This document shows positions 36,001 to 49,371 of a stretch of 64,000 nt of DNA, one piece after another (position 1 is the stretch's first letter; each line of letters starts with the position of its first letter). Origin of the DNA: Harriotta raleighana (lineage: Eukaryota); contig JBNZDD010013670.1 in NCBI GenBank assembly GCA_050575255.1, forward strand, positions 1,890,562-1,954,561, read 5' to 3'. The notes beneath the pieces are model-generated. The model worked only from the letters and a program-made list of their open reading frames with translations, was not told where the DNA came from and ran no database searches. The position numbers and the translations under genes are program-made.

Positions 36001-38060
36001 CTTTGGTGAGTAAGACCAACTGGCATTTGTCTTTATTCACTTCAATGCCCAATTTAAGTTTCATAATTTTCCAAACAATTGGCAAAGCAATAACTACAAA
36101 GGAGGAAATGCAGTAAAACGTATGAAATCTCAAACAAGCAGAAATAATAAATCAGAAACATCACTGAATATCTGTTTGTGTATTTAGATTATAAAATATA
36201 TTAATAACAGCAACTTTTGCCACAGTTTGTGTCAATGGAAAGTCCTTCTCTACCCATTTACTTTGTCTGAATAATTATTTATTTTCTCAAGGAGAGAAGT
36301 TACCTTTAATGTAAATAATTTATACATTGTTACAACTGCAGAACAGTTTTACATCATAAGCAGCAATTAACCGTAATTGAAATCTGGCTTCAGCACACAT
36401 ATTAGTGACAGAGATGCCTTTTCAGTCTGTTTTCATTGCAAGGTAATTGGATTGGTTTGGACATTTATGATTATGTCTTATAACAGCTGAGTTATATGCA
36501 ATTTTCCAATTCTACGTTTAGACATTTGTCTATCATTTTTATCAGAACACATGTAATGATAGTGGGCTGTTTATCTCTCTATCTTCCCCATCACCACAAT
36601 AATCAAGTATCACTTCAATCTTGACCAAAGTGACATGAATGTAAGCATTTACTGTCTCAATTTATGGTTTGCTTAGATTCACTTTACAATATATTCTGTG
36701 AAGCGCTTAGAGAAATCTCGAAGGTGTGATCCAAATAAAATCTTTCAGTACTGAAGTAAAAGTTAACAATAATCCTTTTAAATGGTTGATCACCTTTCAG
36801 GAACAGAGGGAAGTCGACATGAGTCACTGTTAGCAAATACAGATAGCAAATAAGATAGTGATCTTACTACAAGAAGGTAAGATATTACAGTACACGGTAT
36901 TGTCCAAGTAATTGTTGAGGGAACATAAAGACTCGGAAAACTGTGCCGCATGAAGCTCTTTAAAGAGCTATATAATATCAAAGAAGCTTTATGATTGTAA
37001 ACTATTGTTGTAAAGGCAGTGGGAAAATCAATGTTTCTGTTGTACATGGTTTGCTTCTACCATGGTGGTTCAGTATCTTACAGTGTCTGGTCTGCTTCAA
37101 TCGTGCTGGTTCATTCACTTCCTATCTAAAGTGTCGAGCACCTGGAAACGTCCTCCTGACATGAAAATGCAATCTGTTGTTGTTGTTAACACTTACATTT
37201 AACTTGCTAACCTCACCATCTGGTGAGGTTTTAACAGACAGGCCAGTACAGAAGCATTGAGATTGTTGTTCCAAATGTACATCTTGGATTGAAGCAAACT
37301 GAATGTTGAGGCCCAGCTGCTCTTGTACACCCAGCAAAAATACTGAAGCTTGGCATAAACACTAAGAGCTACTATCAAGTCCCTCTGGTTTGTAATGGAA
37401 CTGGCAACATTTACTGGATCTTAAAGGAAATGGATTCTGCTATCGAGTTACTGTTATCTTCATACAGTCAATTCCTAATGGTTTGGGAGCTTATAAAATC
37501 TAGGAACAGGAGATTAAATTTTTTTGCAGTCAATCAAAACATAGGGGAACAGAATTGTACTATTTGTTCATCTTATTTGACAATCACTTTCTTATATCTA
37601 TCTTTAAAAGGAGAGTGGGGCATAAATAGACAGTGGGACATTTTTGCAAGATTCCTGGAAAATTTGATTTGATGACTAACATGGGTTTGGGTGCCCACCC
37701 AGCACTGTCAAGAGCTTTGAAACGTCTCTTTGATGTGGAAAGCGCTATGTAAATCGAAATGTATTATAATTGTACTGTATACTGAAGCGGAGTGGGGGGT
37801 GGGGGAATTCAAAAATGACTATAGATTGATGACATTAATTAAGATATTATCAATAATTTAGTGAGGAATGGGGAAATATGTGTTAATGTTGCATGAAAAA
37901 TACATGTGCAAGATTTGTACCTATTTATTCATTGAAGATATTATGACTCCATCCAGCCTGTGAAAAGGCCTTGATTATGTTCATCCCTTTCGGGTGGTTA
38001 TCTTCAACGTCAGAAATTGTGGCCGTTTTTTTCTGGCATCACCACCATATACATACACTG

Positions 38061-39105
38061 CAGTTAACCCTCGTCGAAGATGACTTTATCAATTGTTAAT
38101 TCAGGTATACGTGACAAAACAAAAGCATCACTTTTTTATGCAGCATGTGTAAAACCTGTGTATACACGCTGGCTGTCCCACGCACGCATGTACACGGGTG
38201 AAGAAGCCAATAGCTCTCGACTAAATCTGATGATTCCTCGGCTGGCTGGTCCTGCGCGCATGCTCATTTTTGATGAGGCCGACAGAACCCAACTAAAGCC
38301 AATGATTCCTCGGATGGCTGGCCCCACGCGCAATGCATTCCTGGGTAACTACAATAACGCTTTGTCCTCAGAGAATCCTATTGGATTGCATGGTAAACAG
38401 AAGAGATAGAGAGAGAGAGAGACAGTCTCCTACAGTAATGTAGCCTAAACTACCCTGTTGTTTTATTGCTTTTTTTTATTACTTTCCTGCTTTGTTGTCA
38501 CTTTATTATAGCAATAAAGCGACAACAAAGCCACTGTAACCTTTCTGCATCTCCCGTCCCGACCGCCTGCGCCTCTCTGCCCCTCCAGCCCCGCCCCCGA
38601 GCGGTTCTCTGCCCCCCACCTCCGCGAGTCCCGCCCGCCCCCGATCGGCTCTCTGCTCCCCCACCTAACCAAGCCCCCCCACCCCCCCGCCGAGTGGCTC
38701 TCTGCCATATACCTCCCAGAGCCCCCCCTGCCTCCAAGCTGCTCTCTGATACCTGCCCCACTTCCCCCGTGCTCCTCTCCCTGATTTCTCTCTGCCTCCC
38801 TACCGGGCTGCCCTGATTTGCCCATTTCCCGGGTGGTAGGAGAGACGAGAGCAGGAAGAGTGGGTCAGGGGGGAGGGAGCAACAATAGTGGGGAGAGGCG
38901 GGCGGAGTGAGGAGCGGGCCAGCCAGCTGTAGCTGATCTCAATAGTTACCTTGCATCGGATGTGCTGGAGGCTTGAGGTGGGTAGCCTGCAACTGGATTC
39001 CCCTAACCCCCCTTTTCCCATTACTTCCTAAGCTTCTCCAACCCGATTTAGTTGAGTGTGCAGTTTTCCAGGAATGTAAACCCCGTGATCGACGAGGGTT
39101 AACTG
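38061..39105. mobile_element. Tigger/pogo-like MITE, family A, copy 2 (longer form)
   Basis: Perfect 17-bp TIR CAGTTAACCCTCGTCGA / TCGACGAGGGTTAACTG, TA on the right and TG on the left. GC-rich interior with (GA)n. Confidence 0.92.
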
Positions 39106-39782
39106 TACTTAGTTTGGTCCAACTGCTCAAACTAGGCATTGTATTCCTGTGAGAAATGTATCCACACAGAAAATACTAACGAGCAGAACAAAATAAGACT
39201 AAGGACAATAGTGAGGTGTAAAAAGTCTCTTCCTGACTACGTACTGCTGACTTCTCTGTGTGTGCTCATTAACCTGACTCAGCGCATCCAATACCCCTGT
39301 GTGAGTGAACGAGAGCAGGGTGACTAATGGTATGTGCCCCAGGGGAGAAGTCAAGCTCAATGGCTTTATTCTCTTAAATCTCCACTCACACCTACAGCAA
39401 ACAACAACAAAATTACATTTATAGAGTGCCTTTCACATCGGGAGGACGTCCCAAGACGCTGGAGCACCCAAAGCACATCATAGCTTCACTTTGAGACATG
39501 CTTTTTGGAAGGAGCCTTGCTATACAGCCACACTCTTGCCTTCTTTCTCCTTCACCTATCCAGTGTTTGCTGCTCTATCGCAAGCCATCCATCACAAAAC
39601 TTTCTGTCTAAGATCTGCATGGTATAATGCCCACGGAATTTCACTGCTTGATTCAAGCAGTGTTGCTCTGCAATGCGGGGCTGGGAATTCTACTGGGAGG
39701 AGGATGTCAAAGCCATTCTTTCCATAGCCTGTTTCCTACAATACCTTTATGACCAGAGTTTCTATCCCACAATCAACTAGAG

Positions 39783-40090
39783 AATAATAATAATCCTTGC
39801 ATTTGATATAGTGCTTTTCACATCTTCTAGACGTCTCAAGGTGCTTCACACAATATACTGTAAAGTGTATTGACTGTATATTAGTGGGCGAAACGCGGCA
39901 GCCAAATGCATACAGCAGTGTCCCACAAACAGTCATGCATTCAAATGACCAATTTTATTATTGTTTTTTTGAGGGACTATAATTAGGCATATGGAGTAAG
40001 GAAAGTTGCCCCAGGTTTTGCCCTGACCTGTCTGGTTTCGAACACAGGTCTCACATTTGTAAGGCGAGTACTCTAACCACTGAGCTACAG
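39783..40090 (-). mobile_element. Full-length tRNA(Val)-derived SINE
   Basis: Minus-strand head ctgtagctcagtggttagag...ccttacaa...gttcgaaacc, core, and (ATT)n tail. Confidence 0.9.
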
Positions 40091-40461
40091 AACAAAGAAA
40101 ATTGCAAGCTTGCAAGTAAGATCAACCTGCTTAACCAATCAATCCCAGGCTTTCTTTAACGTTTCGTATTTTGTTTTCTTTCTGCATCTAAACTTGTTTC
40201 AGCACTTCAAATTAACTTTGGCTACATTCCACTTTGAAATATCAACCTGAATTGCATTCCAAAGTAGAAGTGGATGTTTGGATAAATTGTGACTCTGATT
40301 CTGAATCAGGTGGGCTGAAATTCAATTCCTCTGAATCACAACATGAAGTGAGCAAGGAAATAAAATGCCTGGGATGTAGATATTGTGAACTGAGAACACA
40401 AATCTGGGCATTTCAGACTAGTTCAGCCAAATGGCCTACTTCCATGAACATGTCCCTTTGT

Positions 40462-40830
40462 TAGTCTGGCTCAGTTGTTGGTATTGTCGACTCGCTGAAT
40501 TAAAGGAGTTGTAGCTTCAAGCTTCATGTTGGGACTTTGAACTTAAATAGTCAAGGCTGACAATCCAATGCATTGCTGGGTCCGCTGCATTGCCAGAGGT
40601 GCTGTCCTATGAATAACTTGTTAATAACTTGTTGACATTATTCAACAAGAGAGGGGAGTTTCTAGCCAACAATTCCCCAAAATACCATTGGTTATTCATT
40701 TCATCACTGCTTGTGTGACTTAGCTGTGTGCAAATTAACTAATGTGGGTGCATACAAAGTACAATGTTACTACACTCCACAGAAATCCCCATCAACATGA
40801 AAGGCGCATCAACTGCAAGGATTATTATTA
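40462..40830 (+). mobile_element. Deu-domain SINE
   Basis: gtctggctcagttg head, ctgcattgccagaggtgctgtc core, tgcaaggattattatt tail. Confidence 0.65.
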
Positions 40831-43800
40831 ACATAGTTTAGGTAAATTCAGCCTTGGGATTCTGGTTTCTCATTTGCTGAAATTCTATTCCTTCAAATTT
40901 CAGTTGAGTTCATTTTAGAGATTTCAGATTTGAATAAAGTCATAGTTAATTATTGGTACGGTTGGCCTATGGCAGATTGGGTATTTGTGCGCCAATGAAG
41001 AATGGTGGAAAACCACATTGTTACTTTTTTACATTGGTTTTCTTAGTTTACTGATGTAATACATTATCCATCTTGTGCATACAGGTGTTTCTTTAGGCCC
41101 ATTTTTAAGTCCAGGATGAATTAACTCTTTGTCCTTGGCCCATGCTAAAGTCCATCGAATAGAGCATGAGGAAATGTTGAGACTTGAGATAATAACGATA
41201 ATAATCCTTGCATTTGGTATATCAACAACAACAAATTTACACTTGTATAGTGCCTTTCAGTCAGGAGAACCTCCCCAGGCGCTGGATCGGAGGGCATAGA
41301 GCAGGCCGGAGACTGTTGAGTGGAGGGGAAGGGCGGGTTGGTAGGGGAAATGGTATGGTATAGGATCATTCTTTAAGAGGACATCCCAAAGCTCTTCACA
41401 AAATATATTGTGAAATTGAGTGATTGTTTTGTGGATGTACAGTTGATGGGAGGCACTAGCTGTGTGAATTCTACAAATCAGTACATTGTGTAACTGGGTT
41501 CCTGCTCCTTTAGCAATGGACTACTCTGGTGACTGTATGCAGTGACGCAGACTCAGGCTTTTACTGTAAAGTGTGTGCACCAAGTAATAGGAGCACCAAG
41601 CCAAAAGGCATAAAGCCTCTGCGTGTTTAAAAACGTTGTGGTGCTCAAATGAAACTTGTGAACTAGGCAGTTTGGGTTGATAAGCATTCAGAGCCATTCA
41701 TGGGGAACATGGGAACATTTTTGATTTCTTGTAATGTCCAGTCCACCCCTGTCTGTATTGGGGAGCTGAATGAGTTTAATGAGGCGAGTACTTTGGAACA
41801 ATCCGAGAGTTTCTCTGAAGCACCCCAATGCCATAAATGTTTTAGTAACAGCAACAACGATTGCCATTCACACTTAACCAGTGACTTGCACTTTGGGAGG
41901 ATGTTGCGAAATGCTTCTCATAACTGACTGGGAGCCTGAGCTGGGGAAAGTGGAAGATGAGTGGTCTGAGTGGGGTTGAGGTGGCCAAAAACACTGTGGA
42001 AAAAATTGGCCTTAAGGCTTTTCGAAGATGGGAGAGAGGGGTGATACCAAGAGGTTCTCGGCCTGGGGTAGAATGGTTGTAAATTTCTTCACAGTCATGC
42101 GTTTGGGAAGGCATATGAAACAGACCGATAATTACACTGCGCATAAAACATTTGACAGGTCAGGGCATGTTGCTGATTAGTCACAAAATAATATATTTTT
42201 AGATCCAGTCAATCATTCTTTTTTCTGAATCTGTTGAATAATTTCTGAGATGATAGATTGGAAATCAATATGCTTTCTGAACAATTTCTTCTTGACTAGT
42301 CAGTCAGCATAAATATGTAATCCTTTATCCTTAAAGGGAATAACAAATACTGCAAAGTACTCTAATAGGATATTATCAGATATTTAAACAGCTCTCTCCA
42401 AACTAGCTTTCTTAATTTAAAGCTTAAATCATCTTAAATGATGCACACATGATGTGGGAGGGAATAGACAGATATAGGAGAGGGAGTCAGGAGGGGTAGA
42501 GGCTCTTGTGGAATAGCAATATTAGAATTATTAGTTGTGTCTAATAGCCGGTGCTATGAATTTCTTTAAATCCCTATTGACAAGTGTATTGTCCATGCTT
42601 ATTTAATTCTATATAAGGTAAACATTCACATTGAATGCATTCTGACTTGTCAAAACAAATAGAACATGCTCCGCTGACTCACTTACATTCTGTTATTGAG
42701 GACTGCATGTCCAGTAAGTGATTGTTGTATAGACAGGAGCATTTCAAGAGATCAGTAGACAATGAGTACCAGAATCAGAGTCACTTGTTGATGAGATAGT
42801 TGTAATCTCAGCACTATCTGACACACACATTTTTTCTAGCTGCATATATCAGTTTCAAAAGTTTCTGGCTAGGCTGATATACTTTGTACACTTTCTTGGG
42901 GGTAGGAATGTCATCTCAAAGGATGGGATAACTACCTCTTTTCATCATAGCCCCGCAGCAAGCATGTCTCCATTGATTAAACAGCTGGAATCTGGTGGTT
43001 ATTTCTGGATTGCGTCCTTATGTGTTTAAGAACCACACAGCTGGAAGGAAAAAAACAATGGAGGAAACTACAATTAAAATAGAACTGCTTAACATAAACT
43101 TCTGTTTGTGTATTTTCCAGCTTTTTTTGATTAATATATGTCTTAGTTGCCAATTTGTTGGGTATGACTTTTTCCTTGGAAGGTCAAAGTGGATTTAGCA
43201 CTAAATGTGCTGCTGACTGAGCTCCAGCAAAAATGTGGATTCCATTAAGTAAATTCAATGCAACAGTTGTCATTTCCTCAACTAACATAAGGACATGTCA
43301 AGAAGTGAAACAGTCATTTGACCTGAGTTTTATATTTGCCTTTTTAAAATAAAATGTCTCTACACGTCAGAACTATAAGAGTTAAATATGTACAAAGAGA
43401 ATATTTGGCCTAGGACCTCCACTAAAGGACCTCCACCTCAACTTCTAAGTGATGTGTCACTGAGTAGGCATACATACCTATGCAGAACTCTCAATCTGGT
43501 TTAGATACCTCTAGGCATTGTGATATTTTGATCAGAATAATTATCTGTAAGAGAATCTCTAAACCCTATTTGACTGTATTTCAGTATTAATGACATTTCC
43601 CTTTTACTAAAAATCTTTTTTTCTTAATTCTTGATAAAACTTGATGAAATACCTCATTTATCTTTTCACTATTCAATCCATTATGACTTAAATGTCATTA
43701 AAAATATGAGGAGCAGCTATGAGGTATTATGATTATTATTATGATTATTATGATTACTATGAAGTATTATTGTTATCCCCTACAATAGTTACACAGGATT

Positions 43801-43857
43801 TTAACTGGTTATTTTAAGCATCCATATGTAGAGTATTATTTTCATAAACTATTTCAG

Positions 43858-43923
43858 GTAAGTTACAAAATTGCTGCCACATTTTTATACATTTTCTAAA
43901 AATGTGGCAGCAATTTCACTTAC
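43858..43923. repeat. Perfect 20-bp inverted repeat (hairpin) with 9-nt loop
   Basis: AAATTGCTGCCACATTTTTA (43868-43887) and TAAAAATGTGGCAGCAATTT (43897-43916), plus outer GTAAGT/ACTTAC. Confidence 0.9.
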
Positions 43924-45842
43924 ATATATCATGTCTAAGAACACTAAGAACAGAAACAAGTTAAATGGATTTATTAACCTTAGAAGAGACTAAATTAATC
44001 CATCTATATCATATATACAGTCAATTCATTTTACAGTATATTCTATGATGTGCTTTGAAACATCTAGAAGACGCGTAAAGCACTATATCAAATGCAACGA
44101 TTATTATTATCATCTCTTCCTGAGTTCTTTTCCTCCACACACTCATGGGTAGCACTTCATAAACACAAATTTTCACTCCCAACAATCACATAATATCAGG
44201 ATACAAACTCAAATCTTGAGTCTCAGTTTGGCTGTCAGCCCAACTATAATAGTTATTTCTATTAGTGCTCCTGAAAACAAACACTTTTAAATTTGCAGTT
44301 TAAATCGTTAACAAGGAACAGATGTGTTCTAAAATATACGGATTTATAAAGCAGATTCAAGTAACTAGCTGTGACTAATTCACAAATAGGGTCTGGGAGA
44401 TTTATGTGGTTGTTCGCAAAATGCCGAACTGAAAGCTGGTAACTTTACAAAAAGGCGAACAAACAAAACAAGCTCTCAAGGGAAATAGCCAGCATTTTGC
44501 TTTCCAGCCGGCTTCAGCCTTCGGCATGTCCCTTATCCCATCCACTACATCACTGGTGTGCTGTGCTTTCACCCAGCGTTCTGTGAAACTTTGCAACCAC
44601 CTGCCTCAATACCTCCTCCTTGCATACTTTTAGATTGCATCTAAGATTTTTGTCTTTAATCGTGCCCAATGTCACCTACACAAATATAACATTGTTGTTG
44701 TTGTCCTGGTTCAGGGTCAAACTGTGCCATTGTTAAGTGCTATCTGATATGGTATCTCATGTGAAAGTCCCAATATAAATGTATGTTGTTGTTGCTTTTG
44801 TTCTTGGATTTTGTCAGCTTGGCAATTAATTGACTATTTGATAGATTTGGCCACAAATCTCACAAGTACAAACCAGAAAGTATAACCACCACCACAAATT
44901 GGATTTGTGAAAAATCACACTTTTTGCTACATTATCAATCTTGATTCCTTCCCCAAAAATCAGAAGCAACAGCTTCACACTCCTGGATTCTTGATTATTT
45001 ACTCATTTATCTTTGTGGATAAGAACTGCTCATTGATAGAAACAAACCTTAAAGTGTGGAGTTGCCGTTCGCCATTGTATCTTGATACAGTTTAACCTAA
45101 CAATGAAGATTTGAATTCTGGAGCAATACACATATCATTAACTATTGTGCATTCACTATCACTTTGGTAATGGCATTATTACATTCCTTTATTTTAATAT
45201 TGAGACAAGGGCTGGCAGTTTGTGTATCTGCTGCAATATTTCTTTAAATGTGCAGCTGACAACTTAATATGTTTATTGTACTCTAGGAGTTTTTCACTGG
45301 CAGAGGTTCTGCAGGTACAGATCAATATTGTTATCTGGCCATTCTATCACAGTCACTTTATTAAATTACGCTGTGCAGTCTGCAAATGATCACAGTTTGA
45401 ACAGCTAATTGAAACAGGCTTTCAATTTGCAAGGCATTTGGGATTAACACAGTGCAGTATTGGTGGCATTGCGGAACATAAGTCCATTGGGAAGGGGCAG
45501 TGTATGGCAGTGAAAGGCTTTGCTCTTCCTGAGTTCTGCAGATTTGTTGTCATGTCCTGCGGTCAGCAGACAAACCAAACATTTTAGAACTTTCCAATAC
45601 AACAGTACAAAGCTCCAGTGCTATTACTTCCTATATGATAAAGCCTTCAAAGTATTTTGGCCAGGGTTGCACACTTCACTTGAGTAAACAACAGGCTGGA
45701 GACTTTACATATTTCTGTATGATTTCCATTGGGATTTTATCTTCAATCTCTTATAATCTGAAGAGGAGATAGAAATACCCAATTTTTGCATTGGAAATTT
45801 TCATTTCACAGTTGGCAGTGGGTCTATTGAGACACACGATTT

Positions 45843-46196
45843 ATGTCCTGGGAAAGAATATATGAATAACATCACTGTTCCTATCACAAGGGATTATCTG
45901 TTGTGTAAAGCAGGTAGATTCTCACATATACAGCAGCCATGTCCGACTCTCAAATCAAAATCACAAAAACACGTAGAACCCAGTTGAAATGCAGATAACG
46001 TCAAAAAAGTGAGACATTTGTTATTGATGCAGCAACTGGATTATGTTTTCATTATTTTGACTTGAGAGCGGGACATGGCTGCTACGTATGTAGGAATCTA
46101 TCTGCTTTAAATAGCAAATAATTTCTTGTGATAGTAAATATGAATTCCCTGTATACCAAAAGCTGTATGTTAATCATATATTCTTTCCCAAGACAT
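45843..46196. repeat. Long imperfect inverted repeat (foldback, MITE-like)
   Basis: atgtcctgggaaagaatatatgaataacat pairs with atgttaatcatatattctttcccaagacat. gcagccatgtccgactctcaaatcaaaat pairs with attttgacttgagagcgggacatggctgc. Confidence 0.88.
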
Positions 46197-48023
46197 GTTC
46201 TAGATATCAAATCCTGCAGGGAACTGTAAATGTGTCAAGCAAACCCCAGGAACGCTAATAATAATTCTTATATTTGATGCAGTGCCAATAATATTGAAAT
46301 GTGTCAAAGATAAATGAAATGTTGTTGATACCGTTAATTTTTAGGCAATCGTTGTGGTGAATTTGCACAATGTGAAATGAATATTCAATTTATCTGGAGA
46401 ATTGTTGGCCAGGGCATTGGGAGAAACTCCACTTCTTTTTGCAGGCAGGTCAGATTCGCTCACTTGGTAGGACTCTTGCCTCTGAGTGAGAAGGTTTTGG
46501 GTTCAATCTACAAGTGTTTATTATTATTAATTATTAATAAACAAGTGTTTATTCTTAAATAGTACTCGGGTGATCTTTAATATTTATTTAAGCAGGCAGA
46601 TAGGTCCTTGGGTTAATGTAGCATATAGAAAAAAAAATCCTGCTGAGAATTTAACACTTCCACAGTCCTGGCCTGAATTGCCAACCAATGTGTTACAAGG
46701 TGAGAATGTTACCTATGCAGCCACAGTGACACATCTCTCCTCCAATAAGAGTTACTTCCAGAACTGAGGTCCCACCAATGACATCTTCCTCTATTTACAT
46801 TTTCAGTCTCATTGCATCACCAATTTTACACAGAATCAACATTGCATTAAGTGAATCAACTTTTGTTTGTTCTCATGTAGATAACTGACTCAACCGTTGT
46901 CAAAGGGATAAATAACATTAAGTTTTTGTGTACATTTTCCCAAATGACAGGGAAATGTCATTAGAACTCACGTGAAATCAGGGTTAAATTATATGAAAAT
47001 AGGACATATTAATGTGTCAAATTCATTAAGGAGTTAAATTCATTATTTATTAACTGATTGTTGAGGCAGGATCAATAGAATCTTTTCAAACACAACCGGA
47101 TGAACACTGGAAAATAACATTAAGGAATGTGGAGAACAAGCTGGATATTGGAATTAATGGCCAACAATACCACAAAATAAACGTAATCGTTCACTTCATG
47201 GCTTTTTATGGGACATTTCTGTGCACACGGCTTCTTGGCCTCCAAATTCACGTGCAAATATACAGTCACTGTATAGTTTAGTATTCTTTACAGTGAATAC
47301 TATGAAACACTTTCAGATGTCCTTCCAACATGAAAGATGCTATATCAAATGCAAGGATTATTATTGTTTTTATTATTACTATTATTATAATAGGATTATT
47401 AATAAAAGTAATGTTTAAAATACACAGAGACAGCAGTGGCATAAATGTAATGGGCTGAATGGCTTCTTTCTGTGTTAAACATTTCTATATATAATTGATC
47501 ACAGTACAATAATAATCCTTGCATTTGATATAGCACTTTTTATGTCTTTTAGATTTCTCAAAGCACTTCACAGAATCTACTGCAAACTGAATTGACTGTA
47601 AATTTTGTGGGCGAAATGTGATATTGTCAGCAATTTTGTTATTTGTAGCCATGTAAACCAATCTCAGTTTGAAATAAATGGCAGCTGTTGGATGGAAATT
47701 TCACCCAGGTTTGGAATGATTCTATTGATACAACATTTTAAAATCTTGTATCCAGAATCTGCAAATTCTTAAATTAATTTCAAAGCTAGTTTTCTGAAAG
47801 TACTTTCAAGATTTCTCAGAATATGCTTTTTATACTTAAATATTCCAACATTCTCAAATTTTGCATAAATAGAGTAAATCTAGACAATATGAAATTTCAT
47901 CCTGTTCTTGGAATGTGCATACTACAGCTACAGATGAAAATCATTTTACCACAAGAATTTCTATACTCCTTGAGCTGAAACTGATTTATGAAAATAAGGA
48001 CTGAATGAATATTCTAAAGTATT

Positions 48024-48465
48024 GTAATAATCCTTACATTTATAATAACACTTCATCATATTGTTGGAATGTCCCACAATAGTCCACAGGATTTACTGTT
48101 ATTTGAAGTGATTGTGTACATTTGGCAAAAGGAGCAGCCATCTTGCACACAAACAGCCATTCAGTGAATGACCAATTGTATCTGGAGGATTGGGGGTTAC
48201 ACATGCACTGGGAGAAAGACCCTGCTTTGTTTGATTAGTGTCATGGGATCTTTAATGTCCACCTGAATAAGAGTTTTAGCATCTCTTTCAAAAGATGGCA
48301 CCTCGAACGATGCAGCGTTCCTCTGACACTGTATTTGAGTGTCAGCTTGCACTGTAAGTTCAAAGTCCCGCTGTGGCACATGACTTAGGCATTCAAAGTC
48401 TTAACGTAGAGCTTGGTACCCACAGCCTTTTGTCTCGGAGGTAATATTACTGCTAACCAAGCCTG
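48024..48465 (-). mobile_element. Deu-domain SINE
   Basis: gtcatgggatctttaatgtccacctgaa...aaagatggcacctcgaacgatgcagcgttcctc is the reverse Deu-like core. Head ends taaccaagcc. Confidence 0.75.
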
Positions 48466-48522
48466 GCAGCTGCATCTTTTTAATTGAAAAATAAATTGGA
48501 TCCAGAAATGGATTGGTTTTCT

Positions 48523-48524
<2 letters not shown>

Positions 48525-48554
<30 letters not shown>
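48525..48554. repeat. (TG)15 microsatellite
   Basis: Read directly from the sequence. Confidence 0.97.
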
Positions 48555-48555
<1 letters not shown>

Positions 48556-49039
48556 CAATGCTTTCTGACTCACAGACTGAAGTCTAATTTTCAGTATTTC
48601 TCAATCACATTTCTCAATATAAAATTACACAAATTATCAAACTTGGAAAAAGACATTAGAGGGGCGAAAAAAGTTTGCTAAAACTTCTAAACTGTTACTC
48701 CCTGCCCCATGCAGAGGATATGTCATATTTTTAATTGTATTACTATTGTTGTCCAGAATCAGAAGCTCCCAAAAATCTTCAGGCCTAACTTTTGCAGAAA
48801 CCTTCTCAGCTTTGACACAAAAATGTTTCAACTGAAGTGTTTCAACTGAAGTATTTCAAAGAAAATGTGTAATTGTTGAAGGGAAAATGACATATTGCCT
48901 ACTTCTGCCTAAAATGTATATTTCTGGTGAAGAAAGAAAGATCTTTGGTGCATGGAACAAAATTCTTTCAACCCACAAGAATGAAGCCCTTATCAATGCT
49001 CATTAAACAAAACAATTGAGTTGGGAAAGAGTGAGAATA

Positions 49040-49371
49040 CAGTAAAAGCTAGATAATCCGGCATGGTTGGGCCCACTCACCTCCCAGATTTCGGAGTTTA
49101 CCAGTGTTTATAACCTACCCTAGCAATGGCTGGGGAAGCTCCGCCCCATACACCACGAGAGCTGTAAACACAGCCCTGAAGCCAAACAATGGCCGAGCTC
49201 CATCCATAGCGCTGGATGACAGAGCGACCAAGCTGGGAACTACAAGCAGCTGTTCCAAACTTCAGGCGATTTGCCGGCATCGTGAAAAAAATAATGCTGT
49301 ATGTATTCTTAAATCTTGCCAGTTTTAGGGAGTTGCTGCTTTCGGAATGTCGGATTATCGAGGTTTTACTG
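49040..49371. mobile_element. Tigger-like MITE, family B, copy 2
   Basis: TA|CAGTAAAAGCTAGATAATCCG...CGGATTATCGAGGTTTTACTG|TA. Confidence 0.9.

Noticed and set aside
37209-37230. 10-bp hairpin AACCTCACCA-TC-TGGTGAGGTT
   Set aside because: Short, with a 2-nt loop and no supporting context; not enough to assign a function.
48827-48858. Short tandem duplications (also ~29445, ~27152, ~7938, ~43725)
   Set aside because: Ordinary slippage products.
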